Shown piece after piece: positions 19,863-29,608 of a stretch of 64,000 nucleotides of DNA. The notes beneath the pieces were generated by a model. The model saw only the letters and a program-made list of their open reading frames with translations, made no database searches and was not told where the DNA came from. Numbering within the stretch: the first letter of the stretch is position 1; every line of letters starts with the position of its first letter. The DNA is from an uncultured Acidobacteriota bacterium (GTDB lineage: Bacteria > Acidobacteriota > UBA6911 > RPQK01 > JAPXNP01). A program made the position numbers and the translations under genes. The DNA lies in the NCBI GenBank assembly GCA_963777605.1, contig CAVZRV010000008.1:96001-160000 (forward strand), in the 5' to 3' direction.

Positions 19863-20741
19863 CTACTCCTTCTCCATCTCAGGTGGCAAATCCGGGAGTT
19901 CCGCAACTGAGCCGATCGTCTCGTCTCCGCTCAGCGAACTGAAAAACTCGGAGTGATCATCCATCCAACGGTTGGTTTCACTCATGGTGGACGTGACCGC
20001 ATCGAGCCGGCTCGTCATCAATTCCGGATTTCCACTCACTGCAGTCTCCTCCCGTATGAGCTCAACCTGTTTCTCGATCCGTTCCAACTCGGCGTCGATG
20101 ACCCGCAGGCTTTCCTGGGCACGCTCCAGGTTTTCCAGCCGTCGCCGGTTGATTTCCAGCGTACCCTGCAGCGACCGCTTCAGCGCAGTCTCTTCCGGCA
20201 TCGCGGCAATCCGCTTCTCGACCGTGGCGGCCTCTTTCTTCAACTCGGCGGCGTCGGCCGTGGGAAGGTTCGCCTCGATCAGTTCCTTAGAGCCGAGAAG
20301 TCGCAGGAAGATCGCCAGCAACTGGTTGAGGTTTCGGGTGCGCAGGTCCCGGAACTGACCAAGGCTGTCGGAATCAAGGCTCTCCGAATCCCCCAGGATT
20401 CGCCGGCACTCGGTCAGAAGTGCCCGGTATCGTTCCCGGTTGGAAATCGTCAACCGGGCAACGGCCCGCTCGACTTTTTCTTTCCAGGAGACCTGGGCCT
20501 CCATGAGCCGACTCGCCTCGACCAGATTCTGGAACCGCCTGCTGCTGGCCAGTCCGAACAGCAGCGAGATCTCAAACGCCGCTCCGAGCAGCCAGAAGCC
20601 GGGATTTGCCAGGCCCGCGACTACGAATGCACCCAAGCCCATCTTGTTGATCGGCATCGAACCCAACAGCGGCAATGCGGACTTCCAGTGAAAAGCCTCG
20701 CCCACGTAATCCCAGAAACTGAGGTTATCGGGTGGTTTCAT
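19863..20741 (-). CDS. Membrane-anchored (1-2 TM) coiled-coil protein
   Basis: Hydrophobic GLGAFVVAGLANPGFWLLGAAFEISLLFGL followed by a long E/R/L-rich helical region; overlaps or abuts both neighbours. Confidence 0.75.
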   Translation of the reverse strand: MKPPDNLSFWDYVGEAFHWKSALPLLGSMPINKMGLGAFVVAGLANPGFWLLGAAFEISLLFGLASSRRFQNLVEASRLMEAQVSWKEKVERAVARLTISNRERYRALLTECRRILGDSESLDSDSLGQFRDLRTRNLNQLLAIFLRLLGSKELIEANLPTADAAELKKEAATVEKRIAAMPEETALKRSLQGTLEINRRRLENLERAQESLRVIDAELERIEKQVELIREETAVSGNPELMTSRLDAVTSTMSETNRWMDDHSEFFSSLSGDETIGSVAELPDLPPEMEKE

Positions 20742-21607
20742 TCCCTGCCTGTTTCAATACTCCGAAACGCTCGTGTTACCGAGGCCACCGCCTCCTTGAA
20801 TGCCGTTTCTTCCTGCACGAGCATCGGATCACTGTTGCGGGTCGGAGGGATTACATCATCGAAGACCCGGGCAATGCGGCCTGGCCCGTGATTCATCAAC
20901 CAGACCCGGTCGCCGAGGTAGACGGCCTCGGCAATCGAATGGGTGACCAGGAAAACTGTCGCCTCGACTTCGTGCCAGAGGTTGGTGATCAAGCGCTGCA
21001 TGTCGTAACGGGTGGGTTCGTCCAGCGCCGAGAAGGGCTCGTCCATGAGAATGATGTGGGGCTTCAGTGCCAGGGTCCGAGCCAGGGCGACCCGCTGCTG
21101 CTGTCCTCCCGACAACTGGTGTGGATACTTCTGCTCATGGCCGGTCAAACCAACCCGCTCGATCCACTGCATGGCCCGGTCCTTGATTTCCGACCGGCTC
21201 AGTCCCATTTCCAAGCGATTGAGTTCCAGGCCGAAAGAAACATTGCGCAGTACCGTCAAGTGGGGGAATGAACTGTACTTTTGGAATACCATTCCCCGGT
21301 CCCGGCCCGGTCCGGTCACGATTCTTCCGCGTACTCGCACCTCACCCAGTGTCGGAGGGTAAACATCGGGGAAGCCCTGAATAAGGTTCAAGATGGTCGA
21401 CTTCCCGCAGCCGGAAGGACCGATGATCGAGATGAACTCGCCCGTTCCCGGTTTGTCTTCGACCAGAAAGGAGACTCCTTTGATCGCAGTGAAGGCATTC
21501 GGCGTTCCGGCATCAAAGGTCTTTTCCACGTCGCGGAATTCCACAATCGGTGGAGCCCCGTTTCCGGACGAGACAGAGTCCTTGCTCTTACTCCCCTGAA
21601 ATCTCAT
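20738..21607 (-). CDS. ABC transporter ATP-binding protein (NitT/TauB/SsuB type)
   Basis: GPSGCGKS, LSGGQQQR, LMDEPFSALD, VTH. The ATG at 21607 overlaps the permease stop (ATGA). Confidence 0.93.
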   Translation of the reverse strand: MRFQGSKSKDSVSSGNGAPPIVEFRDVEKTFDAGTPNAFTAIKGVSFLVEDKPGTGEFISIIGPSGCGKSTILNLIQGFPDVYPPTLGEVRVRGRIVTGPGRDRGMVFQKYSSFPHLTVLRNVSFGLELNRLEMGLSRSEIKDRAMQWIERVGLTGHEQKYPHQLSGGQQQRVALARTLALKPHIILMDEPFSALDEPTRYDMQRLITNLWHEVEATVFLVTHSIAEAVYLGDRVWLMNHGPGRIARVFDDVIPPTRNSDPMLVQEETAFKEAVASVTRAFRSIETGRE

Positions 21608-22461
21608 GAATGCTGCTCCCGGTACGGGAACAGGTACCGCCCCAGCACGGCCCAGATCCGATCCGTAACAAAGGCCAGGGCGACGATCACCAGGAGGACC
21701 AGGTAGATGTGTTCCCGGGGGCCGCGCCGCTGCGAAATGATGATGATCCCGCCCAGTCCTTTGCCGATATCGACCATTTCGGCCAGGATGATGTAGCTCC
21801 ACCCAATTCCGAACCCGAGGCGCATGGCACTGTAGATGTCGACCCAGGCCACTCCGAGAAGGACCTTGAGGACCACCTGCAACTTGCTTGCCCCGAGAGT
21901 GAATGCGGTTTTGAGATAAATCTCGTCGACGCCGTCCACGGCCTGGACGATCAGGGGCAAGAGGTAGATGACAAAGGCAAGGGCAAGGAATGCCACCTTC
22001 TGGGTTTCCCCGGTCCCGAACAAGCTCAGCGTCAGGGGGACCAGGGCAGGAATCGGCAGGTAGGCACCGAACACCGAAAGGGGAGTGAAGAGGGCTTTGA
22101 CCTTTCCGAAAGCCCCCATCGCAACACCCAGCGGAAAGGCGATCAGGGCCCCGACCGCAAAACCGGTCACCACCCGCCCCAGAGAAATCACGGCATTTCT
22201 GGTCAGGGCCCGGTCGAACCAGAGGCTACCGAACGAATTGGCCACCTCCATCGGGTTTGGCAGGATCGCGGGAGTGATGATCCGATCCTCGGGGCGGGCC
22301 CCGCTGGTAATGAACCACCAGACTCCCACCAGGAGGATGATGGGGACCAGCCCGAGAACCCACCTTTGCCACCCGGGAAGATCTTCCCGAATCTTCAAAA
22401 GATCAGACAACCAGTTCCGGGCAGCGGGCGTTTCCAATTGTGCACTGGAGTCTGCGTTCAC
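21604..22461 (-). CDS. ABC transporter permease (SsuC/TauC type)
   Basis: ILPNPMEV, EAA-like TAFTLGAS, ILAEM...GLG; six hydrophobic segments. Confidence 0.92.
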   Translation of the reverse strand: MNADSSAQLETPAARNWLSDLLKIREDLPGWQRWVLGLVPIILLVGVWWFITSGARPEDRIITPAILPNPMEVANSFGSLWFDRALTRNAVISLGRVVTGFAVGALIAFPLGVAMGAFGKVKALFTPLSVFGAYLPIPALVPLTLSLFGTGETQKVAFLALAFVIYLLPLIVQAVDGVDEIYLKTAFTLGASKLQVVLKVLLGVAWVDIYSAMRLGFGIGWSYIILAEMVDIGKGLGGIIIISQRRGPREHIYLVLLVIVALAFVTDRIWAVLGRYLFPYREQHS

Positions 22462-22516
22462 CAGCCTTCCTCCCTCTGCTCCAATCCTTGCTCCCGGTAC
22501 TCCCAGTCAAGAGTCT

Positions 22517-24244
22517 TCATTGCTGCTCCGGAGGATAGACCGATACCTCTACCCTGCGGTTGAGCGCGTGATTGTCGGGATCTTCCATGTCTGCTGGTTC
22601 ATCCCAACCTTTCCCTTCCACAATGAACTTGTTCGGATCAAATTTGAACTTCTTTACCAGTGCCGCCTTTACGGCATCGGCACGATCGAGGGAGAGCTTT
22701 CGCACGTCCTCGTCCCTGACGCCTTTCCCGCGCATCGAGGCATCGGTGTGCCCTACAACCGCAATGGTTGCCCTTTCGTATTGCCCCGCCAACCGTCCCA
22801 CCTTCTCGATAGTGGCGTCCGCGGTCGGGTCGTAGAGGGTGTTGGCGATAGGCCGGCCCAGGTCGTCGTGGGTCGGCTCATAGATGTTGGCCGAGTTCGG
22901 GTAGAAGTTGATTCGGATGGTCTGCGTCAGGATCGGGGCTTCCGCCTGAACTCTGGAATAGGACGTCGGGACGAACTGGGTCCGGTACTCATCCTTCTGT
23001 GACGCAAACGCTCCTTCCTTCTCCAGTTGCTGGATTACGCTGAAATCCATCACCTCGTCAAAGCGGACCGGGGTGCCGACCATGCCCAACTCCCGGTAAA
23101 CAAAGGTGATGTTTTTCCAGGTGCGTTCAAAGTTCGCCGCCTCGTTCTGATTCAGGAAGAAGGACTTGTTCTCGGCAAAGTTGGTTGAGTGGGCGTCCGC
23201 GGCCATCCCCTGGACCTCATCAACCGGCATGCCATAACCTTCGGCCATCCACTGGAACGCCTTCGCCTTGAAGGTGTCGTTCTTGAGTTCGTCCATTGCC
23301 TTGAACACGCCGGCAACCAGTCCCTTGATGATCTCCGGATGGTCCTTGGCAAAGTCGGCTCGGGCCGCCCATACGTCGGCAATCAGCTTGTTGGCCTCCG
23401 ACGTCGTGGTCAGGATCCGGGTCCCCGGAACCTTCTCCGGAATGTTGTAGATGTCCGGGGCCCAGGAGACACAGGCATCGATCGATTTGTCGGCGACGAA
23501 GGCGGCAGCCGCCTCAAAGGCCGTTGCCGTGTAGCGATGGTTCACTTCGCTCGGCTGGATACCCGCGTTCAGAAGCAGATTGTTGATGAAGTACTGGGAC
23601 GGGCTGTTCTGGGCGTAGACGACGGTTTTGCCCTTCAAGTCACGAGCCGTTGCGACCGCTCCGCGCACGACGATCCCGTCTCCGCCATTCGACCAGTCGA
23701 CCTGCTGAAAGATCCGGGGCGCCGTCCGGGAATCCCGCATCAGTTCAGGGGCGAACATGACCATCATGTCCAGAGTTCCCCAGAGGATGTGACTCTCACC
23801 CGAAACAAAAGCGTCCCTCGCCACGACCGGGTCGTCGATCAGCTTCAGATTGACCTTGAAACCGTATTCCTTGGCAAAAATGCTGTCGGCGTTCGGGCTA
23901 AACCCGTGGTTGGCCGCCACGATCGGGAGCCAGCCGATCCAGACGTTGATCGGAAACTCAACGATCTTCTCGTTGGCATCCCACTTGTAATTGCTGACCC
24001 CTTGAACGGGGGGCAGCTTCTCTGCCGGCCGATAGGTGTACTCGCTGACCGTGGTGATTCCCACGGTATCGGGAGCTTCGTACTTTCCCATCTGGTTGAA
24101 CTTCGCGAGATCGACATCGCCGGGTCCTGCACCTCCCGGCGCGATGAAGTCCCAGAAGTAATAACCGGCCCCTGAAAAAAGGACGATCACGAACAGAATG
24201 ATGACTATTTTGCCGAGCAGGGTCGGCCCTACTTTCTCCGCCAT
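22517..24244 (-). CDS. Membrane-anchored ABC substrate-binding protein (NMT1/SsuA-like) fused to a C-terminal OmpA-like peptidoglycan-binding domain
   Basis: N-terminal TM; WIGWLP, DWSNGGDGIV, VSWAP, IADVW; C-terminal INF...S, GHTD, LSLDRADAVK, NRRVEV. Confidence 0.9.
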   Translation of the reverse strand: MAEKVGPTLLGKIVIILFVIVLFSGAGYYFWDFIAPGGAGPGDVDLAKFNQMGKYEAPDTVGITTVSEYTYRPAEKLPPVQGVSNYKWDANEKIVEFPINVWIGWLPIVAANHGFSPNADSIFAKEYGFKVNLKLIDDPVVARDAFVSGESHILWGTLDMMVMFAPELMRDSRTAPRIFQQVDWSNGGDGIVVRGAVATARDLKGKTVVYAQNSPSQYFINNLLLNAGIQPSEVNHRYTATAFEAAAAFVADKSIDACVSWAPDIYNIPEKVPGTRILTTTSEANKLIADVWAARADFAKDHPEIIKGLVAGVFKAMDELKNDTFKAKAFQWMAEGYGMPVDEVQGMAADAHSTNFAENKSFFLNQNEAANFERTWKNITFVYRELGMVGTPVRFDEVMDFSVIQQLEKEGAFASQKDEYRTQFVPTSYSRVQAEAPILTQTIRINFYPNSANIYEPTHDDLGRPIANTLYDPTADATIEKVGRLAGQYERATIAVVGHTDASMRGKGVRDEDVRKLSLDRADAVKAALVKKFKFDPNKFIVEGKGWDEPADMEDPDNHALNRRVEVSVYPPEQQ

Positions 24245-24328
24245 GGTCCTACTCCTTTGTGACGTTCTCAACTGCGGCGAATCGCAATTTCCTGGCTGCT
24301 TCCACGATAGGCTCCAACTCCAAAGAGC

Positions 24329-25093
24329 CTAGCTCTCGGGCGTCTTAAGACCCATCTCCCGAACGGGAGGCTCGGCAGCGGACTCAGATTCCTGAGGTGG
24401 TGCCTCCGTCGGGCCAAGGTCGAGCCCGTAGGCAGACGCAAACTCGGCCAGGGCCTGGTCGGCCATCGCCTCCTGCTCCGCCTCCTTCAGCTGCACCTCG
24501 CTCATATCAATGGAGGAAGAGGCGACCCGGGCCCGCCCGGCAGCCTTGTCTCTGCGCTCCGTGAGGTATTCCTCGACGCGTGAAATGGTGTCGCCGGTGC
24601 CGCCGATCGAACTGATCATGCCCTGGGCCATTTCCTGAAGTTCGGCCTGGGCCTCCATCAGCTCGGTCTCCGAGATCATCCGCTTCAGGGATTCGATCTT
24701 CGCCCGGGCCTCGGTAACCGCTACTTCCCGCGTCTTCACCAGTTGCTGGTAGGTCTGCTCCTGGGCCTCCAACTGCTGCCGGTTTTCCTCGAGCTGCTCC
24801 TTGACCGTTCGCAACTGGAGCGCGTACTGCCCCGCCGCCGTGCGGTTGCCCGCCTTCAGGTGTGCAGCCGCCTTTCCGGCCAACTCCCGTTCCTGTGTTT
24901 CGAGGTTCTTGACCTGGCGCATCAAGCGCTCGATGAACCCGGCGTGGTTTGCCAGGTTGTCGTTGAACCGGGCAATCTGCCCCCGCAGGTTCTCCTTCTC
25001 CGCTTCGATCAATGCCTGCGGGTTGGCGCGTTCGATGCCCGAAATGAAAAGGCTGAGAAAGCCTTTGAACAGGTTACTGACTCGTCTCCACAT
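24329..25093 (-). CDS. pspA: PspA/IM30/Vipp1 (ESCRT-III superfamily) protein
   Basis: Amphipathic N-terminal helix MWRRVSNLFKGFLSLFISGIERANP followed by a long coiled coil and an acidic tail; RBS GGAGG. Confidence 0.88.
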   Translation of the reverse strand: MWRRVSNLFKGFLSLFISGIERANPQALIEAEKENLRGQIARFNDNLANHAGFIERLMRQVKNLETQERELAGKAAAHLKAGNRTAAGQYALQLRTVKEQLEENRQQLEAQEQTYQQLVKTREVAVTEARAKIESLKRMISETELMEAQAELQEMAQGMISSIGGTGDTISRVEEYLTERRDKAAGRARVASSSIDMSEVQLKEAEQEAMADQALAEFASAYGLDLGPTEAPPQESESAAEPPVREMGLKTPES

Positions 25094-25474
25094 GCCCCCT
25101 CCTTCAGCCTGAGTCCAGACAGACTTCGGTCACACTCGTTCGTCGTAGAGCATGATCTTCCTTCCGGGGTTATCGCTCATGCTCGCCGTTGCTCGAAGGC
25201 GAATCTGGTTCAGACCGGCGCAAGCCCCTGAATCTGCGGAAGAACATATCATCGTTGCCCGAAAAAAAGATACTGGTGGCGGCGGAGTTTTATTCAAGAT
25301 TGTTCCTCGCCATGCTCTGGAAACCGATCAAGGCGGACAGGCCGGGTTAGTTGACACAATCCGCCACCTGCAGCCCGATTAGTGGCACAATTCAGTCTGC
25401 TTCCATCGGACGGAGAGCGACGCCGGGCAAAGTGAGGGTGGCCGGCTGATGGATTGAAGCGGAGGCCTGATGCC

Positions 25475-26428
25475 ATGAGCGAAACCATCGTCTTCCTGAC
25501 TGATCACGGTTACCTGGTGGTGTTTCTCTGGGTTCTTGCCGAACAACTCGGCCTTCCTCTCCCGTCCTCGGTCGTCCTGCTGGTGGCCGGGGCGGCCGCC
25601 GCATTTGGACAACTCTCGCTCGGAACCGTGGTACTGGTGGCCCTGGTTGCCTCCACGATCAGTGACGTCATCTGGTACGAAATCGGCAGGAGACGGGGGA
25701 TGGCGGTCCTGGGACTGCTTTGCAGGATCTCTCTGGAACCGGACTCCTGTGTGCGCCGTACAGAAGAGCGGTTTGCCCGTCACGGAGTCCGCTCCCTCCT
25801 CATTGCCAAGTTTGTGCCCGGCCTCAACACTGCGGCGCCGCCACTGGCCGGCATGTTCCAGATGGGTTTCTGGCGATTTCTACTCTTCGACGTTCTCGGC
25901 GGCCTTTTCTGGATCGGGACCTCCACCATTCTGGGCTACCTCTTCTCCCGCCAACTGGAGGACCTGGTCGGATGGGCGCGCCAGTTCGGGCTCGGAGTAG
26001 GGATCTTGTTGGGGCTTTGCGCGCTCTTGTACGTCGGATGGAAATTCATGCAGCGTCAGCGTTTCATTCGTGAGATCAGCGTTTCGGCGATTGCTCCGGA
26101 TGAACTCAAGCAAATGCTCGACTCCGGCGAGTCTCCGTTGATCGTCGATCTCCGCCACGGCGTTGATATTGCCGCCAACCCCGTTCGACTCCCCGGAGCA
26201 CTGCAAATGTCCCCCTCGGCGATTCGGGATGGGAAGACCCGCCTTCCAGGCGATCGTGAAATCGTCCTCTACTGCACCTGACCGAACGAGGCCTCCAGCG
26301 CCCGGGTGGCGCTGCAACTGAAGCGGCTCGGAATCGAGCGCGTGCGCCCGCTGCGGGGTGGTCTGAACTCCTGGCGGGAACTGGGTTACCCACTGGAAAG
26401 TCAGGTTGAGGGGCACTTCAACCTGTAG
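25475..26428 (+). CDS. DedA(VTT)-rhodanese fusion selenoprotein; in-frame TGA at 26279-26281 read as Sec
   Basis: DedA motifs EQLGLPLP and KFVPGL; rhodanese IVDLR...LPGA; IVLYCT-TGA-PNEASSARVA...VRPLRGG..W continuing to TAG at 26428; RBS GGAGG at 25461. Confidence 0.88.
26296..26314 (+). promoter_or_regulatory. Candidate bacterial SECIS hairpin
   Basis: CAGCGCC-CGGGT-GGCGCTG, a perfect 7-bp stem with a G-containing loop starting 21 nt after the UGA. Confidence 0.75.
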
Positions 26429-26440
26429 AATGGTTCTGAA

Positions 26441-27457
26441 ATGGAAAAGAAAGTCAAAATCGGAGTCGTCGGCCTGGGCTTCATGGGCCTCACCCACCTC
26501 CAGGCTTATCGAAATATGAACAATGTGGTCCTTGCCGCCGTTTGCAGCAGCGACCCGAAAAAGCTCTCGGGCGATTTATCCGGCATCTCCGGGAATCTGG
26601 GAAACAGCGGCGAGAAAATGGACTTTGGAGACGCGGCCCGTTACGCGGAAGCGCTTTCAGTGATCGAAGATCCGCGAGTCGATGCGATTGATCTCTGTGT
26701 CCCGACCGACCTGCACGACAAACTGGCCGCGGCCGCTCTCGATGCCGGCAAACACGTCCTGGTTGAAAAACCGATGGCGCTGAATGAAGACGCCTGCCGG
26801 AGGATGATCCGTGCGGCCGACCGGTCCTCACGGGTCCTGATGGTCGGTCAGGTGCTGCGATTCTGGCCCGAATACCGGGAAGCCCAACGGCTCGTTTCAG
26901 ACGGAACGCTCGGTCAGGTCAGGTACGCGACCTTCAATCGACGCTGCGGAACCCCGAAGTGGGGCGGTTGGCTGCGCGACCCGGCCCGAAGCGGAGGAGG
27001 GGCCTTCGATCTTCTCATCCACGATTTCGACTTTGCACTCTACCTGTTCGGGCTTCCCCGCGCGATTCGAGCCGGGGGCTATTTGAGGAGCGACAATACC
27101 ATCGACCTGGTTCATGCCGATCTGGAAACATCCGATGGAGCCCGGGTCAGGGTTTCTGGCGGCTGGTACCCGGGAGAAGTGCCGTTCGGGGCGAACTTCA
27201 CGATTGCTGGAGACAAAGGGACGCTGGAGTTCACTTCGGCAGGGGGCAAACTGATCCTGTACCCGAACGAGGGGACCGAATCTGTTGTCGAGGCGGCCGG
27301 TGATCCCTTCCAGGGGGAGTTGACGGAGTTCATCCGCTGCTGTCTCGCCGGCAAGCCCAGCACAATCTGCCCGCCCGCGCAGTCGGCCCAGTCCGTAACG
27401 GTCACCAATGCCGCGCTGGTGGCCCGCGCCACCGGCGAAGCCCAAACTCTGGTCTAA
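26441..27457 (+). CDS. Gfo/Idh/MocA-family oxidoreductase
   Basis: IGVVGLGFMG, HVLVEKPMA, SGGGAFDLLIHDFD. Confidence 0.93.
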   Translation: MEKKVKIGVVGLGFMGLTHLQAYRNMNNVVLAAVCSSDPKKLSGDLSGISGNLGNSGEKMDFGDAARYAEALSVIEDPRVDAIDLCVPTDLHDKLAAAALDAGKHVLVEKPMALNEDACRRMIRAADRSSRVLMVGQVLRFWPEYREAQRLVSDGTLGQVRYATFNRRCGTPKWGGWLRDPARSGGGAFDLLIHDFDFALYLFGLPRAIRAGGYLRSDNTIDLVHADLETSDGARVRVSGGWYPGEVPFGANFTIAGDKGTLEFTSAGGKLILYPNEGTESVVEAAGDPFQGELTEFIRCCLAGKPSTICPPAQSAQSVTVTNAALVARATGEAQTLV

Positions 27458-27458
27458 A

Positions 27459-27608
27459 GTAGTCCAGGCTGCCAGCCTGAGATGTTGACCAGGGCTGCCA
27501 GCCCGGTGCCGCGCCTGAACTCCCCGCCAGGCAAGCTGCCTGGCAGACATACCTGGCAAGGCTGCCAGGACTACCGTGGCGCCAGGCGGACATTCCAAGT
27601 GGCGCTAC
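27459..27608. repeat. GTAG-type REP cluster (REPIN-like doublet), family B
   Basis: GTAGTCCAGGCTGCCAGCCTGA ... CCTGGCAAGGCTGCCAGGACTAC; related units at 35011-35062 and 40196-40411. Confidence 0.8.
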
Positions 27609-28981
27609 TACACTTCTTCGGGCACCACGTAAGGTGGTCGGTAGCGTCGCTTCAGGAATCCGTTTGCTTCGTCGTCATTGACGAACCGCTCGTTGTGGTC
27701 GTCGAAAACAACCGTCCGTCCGAGCCGGTACGAAATGTTGCCGAGGTGGCACAGGGCCGTGGACATGAACCCTTCCTGGATGTCGGCATGGAGGTCCTGC
27801 CACCGGCGTGACCGGACGCAGTCGATGAAGTTCTGAAAGTGCCGCTGCACCGAATCTTCCCGGACCCAGGGTTCCGACTGGAAGGAGCGACCGGCCGCCT
27901 CCTTGGCGCCCTCGTAGTCCATCTGGGTCCAGTTGATGCTGAAGCCGGGCTTGCCTTCCCGCCCCAGAAACGTCTTGAACTCCGAGCCGTGGAGCATGCC
28001 CCAGCCCTCGGTGCCGAAAAAGAAGTTGCCTATTTTCATCCCTTCCTCGGCTCCCGTGTACCAACCTCTGACTTCGAAATGGAGGATGGTCCCGTCCGGG
28101 TACTGGAACGTCGTGTACTGGGTATTGGGGGTCTCCTGGTCGGTTGCGCCCGGTGTCTCGTGGAGCCCGCCAACTCCGTGAATAACCCGGGGATGCTCCC
28201 GCTTTCCCATGCCCCAGCGCATTACATCCATCTGATGAATCCCCTGGTTTCCCATGTCGGTGTCACCGAAATCCCACACCCAGTGCCAATTGTAATGTAG
28301 CCGGTTTTCGTTGTACGGACGCCATTCGGCCGGTCCCAGCCAGCGGTCGTAGTGCAGTCCGGCCGGCACCGGACCCTCCTTCCCCTTCCCGATCGGGTCG
28401 CGCGGCTTGTAGCAGAGCGCCTTTGCCGCGTAGAGCTCTCCGAGCCCACCATCGCGCATGAATTCGACCGCGCGCTGGGCCACCAGGTCACTTCGGCTCT
28501 GGGTTCCCGCGGCAACCACCCGGTCGTACTTGCGTGCCGCCTCGATGGCTTTTCGTCCCTCCTGGATGTTGTGACAGGTCGGCTTCTCACAGTAGACATC
28601 CTTGCCGGCCTGGCAACCCCAGATCGTCATCAGGGCGTGCCAGTGGTCGGGTGTAGCGATGGAGATGGCGTCTACTTCCTTGTCATCCAGGACTCTCCGG
28701 AGATCGGTTTCGGTCTTTGGGTTCCCTCCGTTCTGGGCCTTCATTCTGGAGAGGTGGTCGCCGAACAGGCGCTCGTCTGCGTCTACCACGTATGCTACAC
28801 GGACGTTCCGGATTTTCTGATAGGCCTTGTAGTGATCGGCACCCCGGCTTCGGATGCCGACGATGGCGACGTTGATCGTTTCGTTCGGGCTTTGCGCCCC
28901 GTAGCTGGTCCGGGCAACTGCGGCCGAAGCGACCGTGGCAGTCACGGCGGAACTTTTCTGGATGAATTGGCGACGGTTCAT
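27608..28981 (-). CDS. Tat-exported Gfo/Idh/MocA-family oxidoreductase
   Basis: MNRRQFI, IVGIRSRG, ATPDHWH, DVYCEKP, HYNWHW, NQGIHQMD. Confidence 0.93.
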   Translation of the reverse strand: MNRRQFIQKSSAVTATVASAAVARTSYGAQSPNETINVAIVGIRSRGADHYKAYQKIRNVRVAYVVDADERLFGDHLSRMKAQNGGNPKTETDLRRVLDDKEVDAISIATPDHWHALMTIWGCQAGKDVYCEKPTCHNIQEGRKAIEAARKYDRVVAAGTQSRSDLVAQRAVEFMRDGGLGELYAAKALCYKPRDPIGKGKEGPVPAGLHYDRWLGPAEWRPYNENRLHYNWHWVWDFGDTDMGNQGIHQMDVMRWGMGKREHPRVIHGVGGLHETPGATDQETPNTQYTTFQYPDGTILHFEVRGWYTGAEEGMKIGNFFFGTEGWGMLHGSEFKTFLGREGKPGFSINWTQMDYEGAKEAAGRSFQSEPWVREDSVQRHFQNFIDCVRSRRWQDLHADIQEGFMSTALCHLGNISYRLGRTVVFDDHNERFVNDDEANGFLKRRYRPPYVVPEEV

Positions 28982-29199
28982 GTGAAATCCTCCCTTGAAG
29001 GCCACGAGCCGGATGACTGCAGAAGCGGATCCGGAGGATCACCCGGAATCGGGTCCGGCCCGAGACTTTATCCCCCCATCAGAAGGTGTCAACCGGCTTG
29101 TCTGGGCAGCATCGGCCGCCTGCAAAGCGGCAATAATCTCCTGCAAATTTGTTTGGGAGCCCGCAATTGACAACCGGGGGGAGTGAATCAAAAATCGAA

Positions 29200-29460
29200 G
29201 GATGTGTTGCCGAAATCGCCATCGGAGCCAAATCTGACTCCCCTCTCCCTGCCCAACGCGGCGGCGGGCGCACGAAGCCCCCGGGCAAAGCCTCTGGCGG
29301 GGGCCAAACCCCAAACCCCACTTACTAATAACGAACGTGTTGGAAAAAGTGGGAAAAGACCGCATTAAGAAAGTTTAAAAGGCGCCGTTTGGAGGGAGGG
29401 CGAAGCGAAAGGACCGTCGGAGAGCAAGGATGCAGAGACAATCCAGGAAGAGACGGTGCT
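29200..29460 (+). repeat. Dispersed element family A, copy 2 (left arm around tRNA-Ala)
   Basis: Aligns by eye over about 260 bp with the reverse complement of 29800-30060, e.g. aaaaggcgccgtttgga.gg.ag..cgaagc.aaaggaccgtcggaga. Confidence 0.88.
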
Positions 29461-29547
29461 CCATCCAGGTTTGCGCAACACACCCCGGGGATCAAGGTTC
29501 CGGAATCGAAATTCGAAATTCGTAAATCGTAACTGTTCCGAAGACCG

Positions 29548-29556
29548 TGCTAAAAT
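29548..29556 (+). promoter_or_regulatory. Extended -10 promoter element for tRNA-Ala
   Basis: TGcTAAAAT about 50 nt upstream of the tRNA. Confidence 0.5.
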
Positions 29557-29608
29557 GGCAGCTTCCCGGCCAATCCCTCGATCGGGACGGCCAGATTCCA
29601 TTCAGGGT

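Noticed and set aside
25383-25400. Sigma54 promoter (TGGCAC) between pspA and dedA
   Set aside because: No TTGC at the required -12 spacing.
26279-26281. TGA read as a true stop or nonsense mutation in dedA-rhodanese
   Set aside because: It falls at the second Cys of CxCPNE, the downstream frame is intact and a SECIS-like hairpin follows; selenocysteine is the better explanation.
27459-27608. CRISPR-like array in the short repeat clusters (also 40196-40411 and 15463-15503)
   Set aside because: Units are inverted, variable or tandem heptamers without unique constant-length spacers, and no cas genes are present.
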